Below are positions 1 to 10,148 of a stretch of DNA of 64,000 nt, in pieces (position 1 is the stretch's first letter; each line of letters opens with the position of its first letter). This DNA comes from Bugula neritina (lineage: Eukaryota > Animalia > Bryozoa): positions 33,665,504-33,729,503 of the forward strand of contig OZ037765.1 of the NCBI GenBank assembly GCA_964035545.1, read 5' to 3'. The position numbers and the translations under genes are program-made. The notes under the pieces are model-generated. The model was not told where the DNA came from and made no database searches. It saw nothing but the letters and a program-made list of their open reading frames with translations.

Positions 1-90
1 TGTTGGGTTTGAGAAAAACTGAATTTAGCTAGAACTTTCATTTTTAAAATTTATATTTATTCACAAACGTGGTTATCATTTATATATATA

Positions 91-230
91 TGGAATATGA
101 AATGGAGAGCAATAAACTTGAGTTCATGGCAGCAGACAGCTGACAACAGAGCTGCGTGGAGAGCTGCAACCAAATTTAAGCCTAATCCATAAAACAGTCA
201 TAGTCGTATCGACTGACTGCAAGAGAGATA
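91..230 (+). mobile_element. Probable 5'-truncated non-LTR (RTE-like LINE) 3' fragment inserted in a (TA)n tract
   Basis: Reads WNMKWRAINLSSWQQTADNRAAWRAATKFKPNP*, resembling the W-x3-A-x-D/N-R-x2-WR motif at RTE ORF2 C-termini. Flanked by tatatatata on both sides. Confidence 0.4.
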
Positions 231-301
231 TATATATATATATTTAGATGTCAATTTTGCTACAAATTAATGTGGATATGAGTTATGTGCAGTGAGTGCA
301 C

Positions 302-812
302 TTCCATGCTTTACCAGGTTGTGATTAAATTAGCACTTTTATGGAAAAAAAAGAAACCAATTTATATTCCTTCTTGAAAAACCATTCAGAATGTGTTGAA
401 AGCTTTGAACAGCTTGGAAAGTATACTTCAAGTCACAACTGCACCTACTTAAATAGAAAGTTTGTAAATAAGCAGAGATGATGTTTGATATGCTTTATTC
501 TGTTCTCCAACAAAGATGACTCAATAAAATTTGCAGCATTCCCCACAAAAATGAATTTATGCTGCACGTAATATATTTATCAAACAGCCACCAAGAGAAG
601 GGCAACAATTGCTTTTGTCAATACACCATTTCCAGATTATTATGAGTAGAAATTGTTGAGAATGGCAGCATCACTATAAAATGACTGACTCAAGCCCGTG
701 TGCCCAAAAATGCATTGAAAGACACATTATAATGCTGCTGCAATACATTCTGATATGAAAAACAAAAATTTCAAGTGCACTGGTGTAGGTCAATGCAAGG
801 ATTGTCTAAACA
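302..812 (+). pseudogene. Decayed relic of an invertebrate transposon-associated protein C-terminus (XPG/PIN-like H-A-x2-GCD motif plus Cys-rich tail)
   Basis: Broken frames give FHALPGCD* at 302-328, then ESFEQLG, YALFC, EFMLHV..YQTA and FKCTGVGQCKDCLN in the expected order. Many stops and frameshifts. Confidence 0.4.
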
Positions 813-1616
813 GAAGATACTTTGGAAGAAAATACACAAATGAAATTAATGACAGTTATATATAATTATGGTAAGAAAACTATGTACAATAAAACACTAC
901 GTTGAAACATCTGTTATATAACTTGCTTCAAACAAGAAATTTTACAATATATACATGTTTCAATCATCCCAATATTTTTGTGATCTTGAAATAAATTTAA
1001 AGAATCTTGTTACTTTTTACAGATATTTAGTGATTACCGCCAGATCAATAGAAGACTCATTTGGTAGGTTCCCAAAAGATGTCAACATGTAACCATAGTA
1101 TATGTCTTTTAAACACTTAATTCTTTGACACATCAGCATAAAAAGCTTAGGTGATCTTACATAACTAGCTTCTTTAATAAACTTATTACGTAGGCTTCTC
1201 CCAAATGTATTAAGTATCATCCATATAGCAAACATGTAATTTGATTGACAACACAGTTTTGAATTGAATAGTGTTTTAAAATTTATAAATTCAGAATCAG
1301 TGTAGAAATATAAAAAAGAAACAACAAATTTTAGTTTCTCACCTACTTTTACTGTTTTTATAGAAGGCTGGTTATTAGTGGATGCTATTCTGCACAATCC
1401 TCGTTTACTTTTATTACCCATTTAAGATGCCAACTTGCTTTTTTGCAATAGCTTGAGTTAAAATAAAGATAGACTTTTAGAGTATGTAAATTTGGAATCA
1501 GCACAAACTGTTGATCTAGAAACAACTATTTTTGAGTGGCCACCTAGTAAAGTGTAATGAGGTGAGTTTTTGAGCACTTTTTGGGAGGTTACTTCTAAAC
1601 TGACACTGAACAGTCA

Positions 1617-3740
1617 GGTTGTGTACAGGTAATATGACTACGCTTTGTATCCTGTATATTATTTTACATACTTTAAGTGGTGTATATATATATATATATT
1701 AAAGAGAGGTAATAGTGATATTGTGAAGTAGTAATAAACATGTGACACACAAACCTCTCAGGTAGACTGGATATACCACAGTGACTCATATTCAACTGTT
1801 TAAGTGATGTGAGTGATGACACATCATCTGGTACTCTGTTGAAAGTATTGTATCCTATGTCTAGTATCTCTAACTGAGTCAGCTGAGAGAAACTGTAATA
1901 AAAAGTTATACTATGACAAGAGAATAAAATTACACATAACATGTAGTTTATGCAGAAAAGAGATATACATGTGACCACAACTGATATTTTACAAATATAT
2001 TATTGGTTGTTTGTCAAAGTCATAATATCCCGGTTAACCTGGTGGCCTTAGCACCTAATATGATGCCAAGGCCACCAGGCCACTATGATACTGGGTTTTT
2101 TCTTGCACGTCATAATATCAAAAATGCATGAATTACTCATGAAATTATCACGAGTCCTATAAATTTTATTCATGGTCATTTGAGAGGAGGGCTCTAAATA
2201 ATTGCACTCTGCCCTTACTATTTAATTGTATATAACACAGGGAACCCAGGCTGAGTACAGAGATTATAGACACACCCTATAGCCTGGATACTATTTTATA
2301 TACTATATAAGTTGTGTATAAATATAAGTTACAGAGTAGTTATAATAACGATGTTGTGAAGTAGTAATAAACATGTAACACACAAACCTCTCAGGTAAAC
2401 TGGATATATCACATCTATACATATTCAACTGTTTAAGTGATGTGAGTGATGACACAACATCTGGTACTGTGTTGAGAGGATTGTCTCTTATCTCTAGTAT
2501 CTCTAACTGAGTCAGCTGACTGAGACTGTAATATAAAGTTGTACTATGACAAGAGAATAAAATTACACATAACATGTAGTTTATGCAGAAAAGAGATATA
2601 CATGTGACCACAACTGATATTTTACAAATATATTATTGGTTGTTTGTCAAAGTCATAATATCCCAGTTAAACAGGTGAGTTTAGCACCTAATATGACGCT
2701 TACAAATAAACTGGGTTTTCGTGCATGTCATAATATTAAAAATGTTTGATGCACATATGAAATTTTCACGAGCCTTAATAATTCTCCCTATGGTAATTCG
2801 AGAGGAGGGCTCCCTAAATAATTACACTCTACCCTTACTATTTAATTGTATAACACAAGGAACCCAGGCTGGGTACAAAGATTATAGCACCATCCTATAG
2901 CCTGGATATTATTCTATATACTATATATAAGTGTGTATAAATATAAGTTACAGAGTAGTAAAAATGATGTTGTGAAGTAGTAATAAACATGTGACACACA
3001 AACCTCTCAGGTAGACTGGATATTCTACATAAACTCATATACAACTGTTTAAGTGATGTGAGTGATGACACAACATCTGGTACTGTGTTGAGAGTATTCC
3101 CTCCTATGTGTAGTATCTCTAACTGAGTTAGCTGACTGAGACTGTAATATAAAGTTATACTGTGACAAGAGAATAAAATTACACATAACATATGTATTTT
3201 GTGCAGCACAGAGATATGCATGTGACCACAACTCCGTATTTTACAAACACATTTTGATTATTTGTCAAAGTTGTGTCCCAAATAAAGCTTTGACTTTAGC
3301 AGCTCATAGTATGACTACTGCAAATTTACTGGGTTTGCTTGTGCATGTCAAAATATTAAATATGTTTGAATCACTTATGAAATTTTTATAATTCTAAACA
3401 TGGTCATAATTACACTCTACCCTTACTATTTAATTGTATAACACAGGGAACTCAGGCTGAGTACAGAGATTATAGTCACACCCTATATATAGCCTGGATA
3501 TTATTTTATATACTATATAAGTTGCGTATAAATATAAGTTACAGAGTAGTAATAATGATGTTGTGAAGTAGTAATAAACATGTGACACACAAACCTCTCA
3601 GGTAGACTGGATATACCACATTCACTCATATTCAACTGTTTAAGTGATGTGAGTGATGACACAACATCTGGTACTGTCTTGAGAGTATTCCCTCTTATGT
3701 CTAGTATCTCTAACTGAGTCAGCTGACTGAGACTGTAACA
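1617..3740 (-). repeat. Tandem duplication of an exon+intron unit, four LRR exons, period 591-633 bp
   Basis: Exon 3' ends lie at 3595, 3004, 2388 and 1755. The flanking intron sequences are clearly homologous. Confidence 0.92.
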
Positions 3741-4788
3741 TGAAGAAGTAGCCATATAGATTACACTAGTGCTGTATAGTGTAACAGTATAGTGACACAT
3801 AATGTATGTCTACTATAAACTACATAACAAATTCATATCTAAATCATATCATGAGTGGAAGTGCTCTGACTCAGTTATACTCAACTAAATACTCACTTAT
3901 TCAGACTCTCCTTGTCAGTTATATCACGGAGTACCAAACAGACAGCATGAGAAGCAATCTCTCCTATATTCTTAGGAGTTGTCCCCTTTAACTTGAGGTG
4001 AGTGAGTTGATAACTCCCAACTTGAGTTTTCACTTCACTCAAAGTATATGATTTGGTTGTAGCATCGTCTACATCTTCCAAGTCTACAGGATCCTGTCCA
4101 GAATGTCTGAACCAGATTCTGAAACTCTCTGTAACAACACAGAGATAGTATTGTTCCTATACAGATGCTGTAACTAATGCTTATAATATTATAAATCTGT
4201 GGCTACACTTTCTTTTTACCACAACTTTATCACAGCCAGTTAATGCAGGTTGAATAAATACAGATGGTTCACAGTGTATTCTACTTCATGTAAAAACATT
4301 TTGGGGATCTCTCAATAATCATGAAAGTATAACTACCATAGTATCTGATAAACTCAACATAATTAGCTCTGTACACGTGACATGCAGTTTAAAGAGGCAA
4401 TTATTGGGAGTATTTTTAATTGCAGTGGTGACTATTTAAATCTATATAACTACATAACTAATGTCTGTGATACAAACATGTGGCTACTGGCTATACCATT
4501 CTCAATCAAACTTTTCTCACAGTATAACTGTATAAATTGTTAGAGTTGGTTTTATATAAGGTTTGCTACTTCATCTAATAATGCATAATTTAAAATACTC
4601 TGAAGGTGTGCATTTTGATTTACAACTGAAGTATATTAAAGGTTTAAAGTCAGTGAATTGTGACAAGTGTTGTATTTTCTACATTAATAAGCCATTCGAT
4701 TATTTCCTAAGCGAAACGAGAGAGCATACAAATATATCTGAGAGGATTGAAAATATCACAAACGGACATACTACATACCTGAAGACAT
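1755..4788 (-). CDS. Leucine-rich repeat protein, 5' part only (continues toward or past the window start; C-terminus not seen)
   Basis: Phase-consistent exons on the minus strand: 4788-4779 (ATG TCT TCA G), 4128-3897, then four 138-nt phase 2-2 exons 3732-3595, 3141-3004, 2525-2388 and 1892-1755. All junctions are GT-AG. Each 138-nt exon encodes two 23-aa LRRs (LSQLTQLEILxIxxNxLxxVPDVV / SSLTSLKQLxMxxCxISSLPE). Confidence 0.88.
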
Positions 4789-5062
4789 GGTGTTATTCTG
4801 TAATGAGTCAACAAATCATTAGCCAATCATATCAGACCTTCAATAATGCCTCTACTATCCATTACAAGATTGCATAATCTTCTACATGCTGGAAATATAC
4901 AACAACAATAATATTATGACTAATTTCAAGTTATAAAATACTGAAAACACATGTATTTTGTATTATAAAATGCTATCAATTAATATAACATATTATAGTC
5001 TTTGTAAACTTTTGATACAAATCTCAAAATTTCCTATCAAACCAGTTGTTGAAACTCTAGTT

Positions 5063-5895
5063 GTAAAACCATCAACATATGAGGGTATAAAACTATCAAC
5101 ATATGAGGGTGGTATAAAACCAACAACATATGAGGGTGGTATAAAACCATCAACATATGAGGGTGGTATAAAACCAACAACATATGAGGGTGGTATAAAG
5201 CCAGCAACATATGAGGGTATAAAACCATCAACATATGAGGGTATAAAACTATCAACATATGAGAGTGGTATAAAACTAACAACATATGAGGGCATATAAA
5301 ACCATCAACATATGAGGGTGGTATAAAACCAACCATATGTGAGGGTATAAAACTAACAACATATGAGGGTGGTATAAAACCAACAACATATGAGAGTGGT
5401 ATAAAACCATCAACATATGAGAGTGGTATAAAACTAACAACATATGAGGGCATATAAAACCATCAACATATGAGGGTGGTATAAAACCAACCATATGTGA
5501 GGGTATAAAACCATCAACATATGAGGGTATAAAACCAACAACATATGAGGGTGGTATAAAACCATCAACATATGAGGGTATAAAACCAACAATATGTGAG
5601 GGTATAAAACTATCAACATATGAGGGTGGTATAAAACCATCAACATATGAGGGTGGTATAAAACCATCAACATATGAGGGTGGTATAAAACCATCAACAT
5701 ATGAGGGTGGTATAAAACCAACAACATATGAGGGTGGTATAAAGCCAGCAACATATGAGGGTATAATACCATCAACACATGAGGGTATAAAACCATCAAC
5801 ATATGAGAGTGGTATATAACTATCAACATATGAGAGTGGTATAAAACTAACAACATATGAGGGTGGTATAAAACCAACAACATATGAGGATGGTA
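5063..5895. repeat. Minisatellite, 24/27-bp unit (aaaaccatcaacatatgagggt[ggt]at)
   Basis: Direct tandem units upstream of the LRR start codon. Confidence 0.95.
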
Positions 5896-7791
5896 TAGAA
5901 GCATTACATATTCAACCATCAAAGAATACAACAGAGTTACTGTAAATCTATTTTTTCAGACCACAGAGAGCATGATTGATATAGTAAGGAGTCAAAGTCA
6001 CATTTACATGAATAGAATGAATGACACTTCAGATAAACATGGAAATGGTTAGAATGTGAACTTGATGTCTCAACAATTGAAATATTGACCTTTGACAATT
6101 GGCCAGGCTATAAAATAACTGGACTCACATTGAAGTATGTGAATGAGGTAAAATAATAGCAATAAAAATACAACAAAAATGGTTGAACTTTGATTTTAGT
6201 GCTGAAATCCAGGATATCTTATGCATATATGCCAACAGCTATAGGTATGATCACACAAACAAAATTGTCCTCACCCTCCCCTAAAGTCAAGCCAATTGCT
6301 TGTAAATCATTGCACTTTCCATAGAGCATGCATTTTTACTTCATGACATTGAGTGACAAAGTAAGAACTTAGAAGAGCAGTTAAGAAAGTGATTAAAAAG
6401 GTGAGTTTCTAATCTCTAGTTGGAAACAAAATCAAAAGATAAAACTGCTGAAAATGATATGAAAGAAAGACCACTATTCAGCACTCTCAACCATGCATAT
6501 GCACAGAATTAAATACATAACTCATATCGGTCCATATACAAGTTCAACCTTTACCAATTTTCATACAGGAAAAATAACAAACCGTTCTATTCCAAATTTT
6601 TACACAACCTGCAATTTAAACTTCATTGAGCATCTAATGCTGAAGTTTCCATTCACACATTTAAAATCCAACCATTGCAATATTTTAGCAAAATTGTCAA
6701 AAATTAAAAGCTACAGGCAACAATAAAAATTACCCTTAGTTAAACTGGCCACATTTGGCTTTTGGCCACATTTTGCTTTTGCTTGGTCTATGATATTCAC
6801 AACATAATGTGCAACAGAAAGCTACATAAAAATACAATATAGTATACTAAAAGTAGATTTAATTCAGTGTTAATTATCATTAGTACCAACAGTAATACTA
6901 ATATAAATTGTGTAACAAATAATTTAAAAGGTTAAGTTTTTCATTTATTGCTGAGTTGCAAACTGAAACATCGACACCTAATTTATGCACATGCTCCATA
7001 GAGTGTGTAGTGGCTGTGAGAAGTATACCTCTCAGTACCCTCTACCAAACATTTACAGTATATTATGATGCAACTGATGTCTCAAGGATGACAACTCCTG
7101 TGCAGCACCACATCACTCTCTATGGTGACACCATCGGAACCTTATCTTAACTAATCAGGATCAACCCCTCATATATAAACAATGTCTTCTGGTGTTCAAA
7201 GCAGTCTAGATGATAGTTATTAGGCAGACAAGTTAACTTAAGTAACAACTACTGATGTATTCTTTCTCTTTTGCAATTATCTATGAGTTTTCTCGTGTAT
7301 AATTCAATATTAAAAGAGTTTTTTCAAAAAGCAATCAACTGGTTCGGTTCTTCACATAACCTCACACTGGATATGCAGTAATTGCTCGAGCACACAACAA
7401 CAGCTTCAAGAGTAGTACACAAAACTACAACAAGTGTAATAGGCATGACAATTATTCAATGTAAAAATCTAATTTCATATTATGATCATCATATTGATAT
7501 TCATTATCATGATGATTGTTTTTATCATTTTTATTTACGGGTTAATCAAACTTCTTGCAGTCGCATGACAGTGGGCAGTGTTGGAATGAATACACAAAAT
7601 TTTATTCGCTACACTTGCAGAATAAAAGTGAAATATATTGAATTATTAGATAAATAAGTTATTACTATAACCTATAACCATAAGTATAAGCATATAAATA
7701 TCAAACAAGTATCAAATGTGAATCTGAATATGTGACACTGACTTACACTTACACTTACAGTTAGTGTTACTGTTACAGTTAGTGTTACTAT

Positions 7792-8142
7792 TGTAGTGAG
7801 TAGTGCAAGTACAAATACAGGAATCGCCCTCTCCCTATTCTTGGAATACTTGGACTCTTATGTAGCAACCAATTAGCAGCTCCGGAAGATATGCTTCCGA
7901 GTCACGTGACACTTCCCGGGTTAATAAGATTATATCACGTTGTTGTAAGCGGAGGCTTGTAGTAGTAACATGTGTTAGTAGTTGACTCTTGTATAGGATA
8001 ATTGATGTGATGTTTGGTTTATGCTGTATTGTGGATAATAAATATACTTACTCGACAGCTACCTTAGTAATTGATAACAGAATAACCAGCTAACTATACG
8101 CAAGTAAATAACTCACGCTCAGTAATTGCACAAATTACTACA
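7792..8142 (+). repeat. 5' LTR of outer element
   Basis: TG...CA termini; matches 17109-17459. Confidence 0.96.
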
Positions 8143-8143
8143 G

Positions 8144-8161
8144 TGGTGGCAGCGGTGGGAT
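8144..8161 (+). promoter_or_regulatory. Primer binding site, tRNA-Leu (AAG/TAG type)
   Basis: TGGTGGCAGCGGTGGGAT, 1 nt after the LTR. It is complementary to the 3' end of eukaryotic tRNA-Leu (...ATCCCACCGCTGCCA-CCA). Confidence 0.88.
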
Positions 8162-8177
8162 CTTGCGTATAGCAGTC

Positions 8178-9128
8178 ATGGCAGAAGACGGCACGGAGCT
8201 ACCCATTCCACTGAATGAAGGTGAGAGAGATAATGTTGATATACCTGTGGAACCAGTGGTGTTAGATGAAGAAGTGAGAATTCTTAGAGAGCATGGTGAA
8301 GATAGATATCGGCTGAAGGCGCCCAACTTCACTGGCGAAGAAGCAGTGGAGCAGTTCATCCAAGAATTCCAGGATGTGATGGAGATTGCAGAATGGCCGC
8401 CAAGGGTGGCGTTGCTAAAGCTCAGGATGGCGCTGACGGGCAAAGCTAAGCCGTACGGAGCTGGACCTGACATAGACGGAATCTTTGCTTCCCTGCGGGC
8501 CCGTTTTGGCATCTCTCCCATAGATGCGCGGGCCCGTCTACAGAGGATGCGGCGTGATCCTCACACGTCACTAGAAGAGCACGCTGCCACGGTGTACCCA
8601 TTAGCGCAGATTGCATTCCGCGATCTGCCTCCGGTACACCGTGAGAGGTATACCTATGATGCCTTCGTGCAGTCCATCAACGACTTGGGGCTCCACCATC
8701 AACTCCAAGCGAGGGGAGTCACCACAGTCGAAGATGCACTTGCGGTGGGAGAAGCCTATCTCTTGGCGACTCATATGCACCGCAACCGCGTGGCCTCCCG
8801 CCAGGTGACCACGGAGCACTCTACTGCTCCCACCGAATTAAATGCGGAACCCTCCGCGGTGGCTAGTGTGAACCAGATGTCACTAGCGTCAAAAATCTCA
8901 CAGATGTCTGACATGCTAGATAAACTGGTCACCACATTAGCCTCCCCAAGCCAGGTAGATACTGCCCGTGAGCCTTGCGGGCCGCAGGTACAATCACCAG
9001 GCATGGGGCACCATTTCTGCTGGGAATGCGGAAGGCCAGGACATTTCCAGAGAAACTGCCCTCAACTCCCACCAGGGTTAAACTACCCCGGCCCGCAGAT
9101 GTTCCCACCTCCTGCGGGCCGTCTGTGA
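8178..9128 (+). CDS. gag: Gag of outer element, with CCHC zinc knuckle
   Basis: ATG at 8178. Capsid-like region (APNFTGEEAVEQFIQEF...W). Knuckle CWECGRPGHFQRNC. Confidence 0.9.
   Translation: MAEDGTELPIPLNEGERDNVDIPVEPVVLDEEVRILREHGEDRYRLKAPNFTGEEAVEQFIQEFQDVMEIAEWPPRVALLKLRMALTGKAKPYGAGPDIDGIFASLRARFGISPIDARARLQRMRRDPHTSLEEHAATVYPLAQIAFRDLPPVHRERYTYDAFVQSINDLGLHHQLQARGVTTVEDALAVGEAYLLATHMHRNRVASRQVTTEHSTAPTELNAEPSAVASVNQMSLASKISQMSDMLDKLVTTLASPSQVDTAREPCGPQVQSPGMGHHFCWECGRPGHFQRNCPQLPPGLNYPGPQMFPPPAGRL
9077..9121 (+). promoter_or_regulatory. -1 ribosomal frameshift signal (G_TTA_AAC plus 10-bp GC stem-loop)
   Basis: Slippery heptamer at 9077-9083 in the gag frame; pol is in the -1 frame. 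After a 5-nt spacer, CGGCCCGCAG (9089-9098) pairs with CTGCGGGCCG (9112-9121). Confidence 0.75.
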
Positions 9129-9501
9129 ATCACCCAGGGAGGCCCGCGCGTCTGTCGCCCCACTGGGCGCCGCGCGGAGATGCTGTGAAGTGGCGACCCC
9201 CGCGGCAAGTAGGCTCAAGCCACTCGCCGCCTGGGTCCTCTACGCCACTCCGGCACCAACACGGAGCCGGCAGACGGTTGACCACAGAGCCTGCGAGGGA
9301 AACGGTACAAGCGCCGCAAGGCGTACTGCCCCAACCTCGGCAGCTGGTCAATAGTCGCCGCCAACCGTGGACCCCTCGACCCACAGCGAGGGAGGTGCAA
9401 CCACGGCACACTCAATTGCAGCCGCACGGAAGTAGCTACTTCCTGCCAGGGAAGTTAGCCGGCAAGCCTGCCAACTTCCTCCTGGACTCCGGCTGCACCA
9501 C
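9083..9501 (+). CDS. pol: Outer pol, part 1 (up to aspartic protease motif FLLDSGCT)
   Basis: -1 frame to gag. Ends at the inner-element insertion right after LLDSGCT. Confidence 0.85.
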
Positions 9502-10052
9502 TGTCACAAATTCTGAGTGGACATATACCTATAGACTTACCGGGTTTTTCCTAATGATTATACACGAATGTTCATAAATATTCTAGACTGATCAAAGAGA
9601 TGGGTCATTGTTCATTGTTATTGTTTTCATTAGTCATGTTAACTACTGCCCAGCAATGTAAACAAGGTGTTGCGCAATAATTGCGAAATAACCATGGAAA
9701 TTCCAATGTTTTGTTTTGTTTTGATTTTCTATAAATAGTACTGGCATGTGGGGAATGTTTTGTACTAGAATCTTCTATACTGGAATGCTTGAGAATGTTC
9801 TAGAGTGTTTTGTTTACTATAAATACTGAGGCAGTTGTGTTTACGAATCAGTTCCTTTTTATAAGTTCATTCTCGGAGTTCATTTTTACAAATTCATCTG
9901 TGCATATCTTACTAGAGAAATAAAGTCTACTTTATATATCCACAACTCTATTTACTCACAACTGGATTAGCAAGCTGTATGCTACTTGTCTATACACTTC
10001 TGACTACCAGACTTTTCGAACTCGTCACACTGCTACCAACAGTTTTGTGACA
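9502..10052 (+). repeat. 5' LTR of inner element
   Basis: Matches 13355-13905; 9-bp terminal inverted repeat. Confidence 0.96.
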
Positions 10053-10054
10053 AT

Positions 10055-10071
10055 TGGGGGCTGCTCCGGGA
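10055..10071 (+). promoter_or_regulatory. Primer binding site, tRNA-Pro-like
   Basis: TGGGGGCTGCTCCGGGA versus the canonical tRNA-Pro PBS TGGGGGCTCGTCCGGGA (CG to GC swap). Confidence 0.75.
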
Positions 10072-10148
10072 AGTCTCAGTCGCACACAGGGAAGTTATTA
10101 GTTACAACGTGAGTATACACAGGATTAATTAACAGTTGTTGAGACATT

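Noticed and set aside
1017-1421. 134-aa minus-strand ORF as a gene or next LRR exon
   Set aside because: No recognisable motif, AT-rich, and no convincing phase-2 splice context. It lies in presumed TE-derived intron sequence.
4958-5931. Repetitive ORFs (IKPSTYEGG / HPHML)
   Set aside because: Products of a 24/27-bp minisatellite. Frames are broken and there is no splice support.
7029-7205. Possible minus-strand exon of the LRR gene
   Set aside because: It has AG/GT-like ends but stops in all three frames. At best a 5' UTR exon, which cannot be supported without RNA data.
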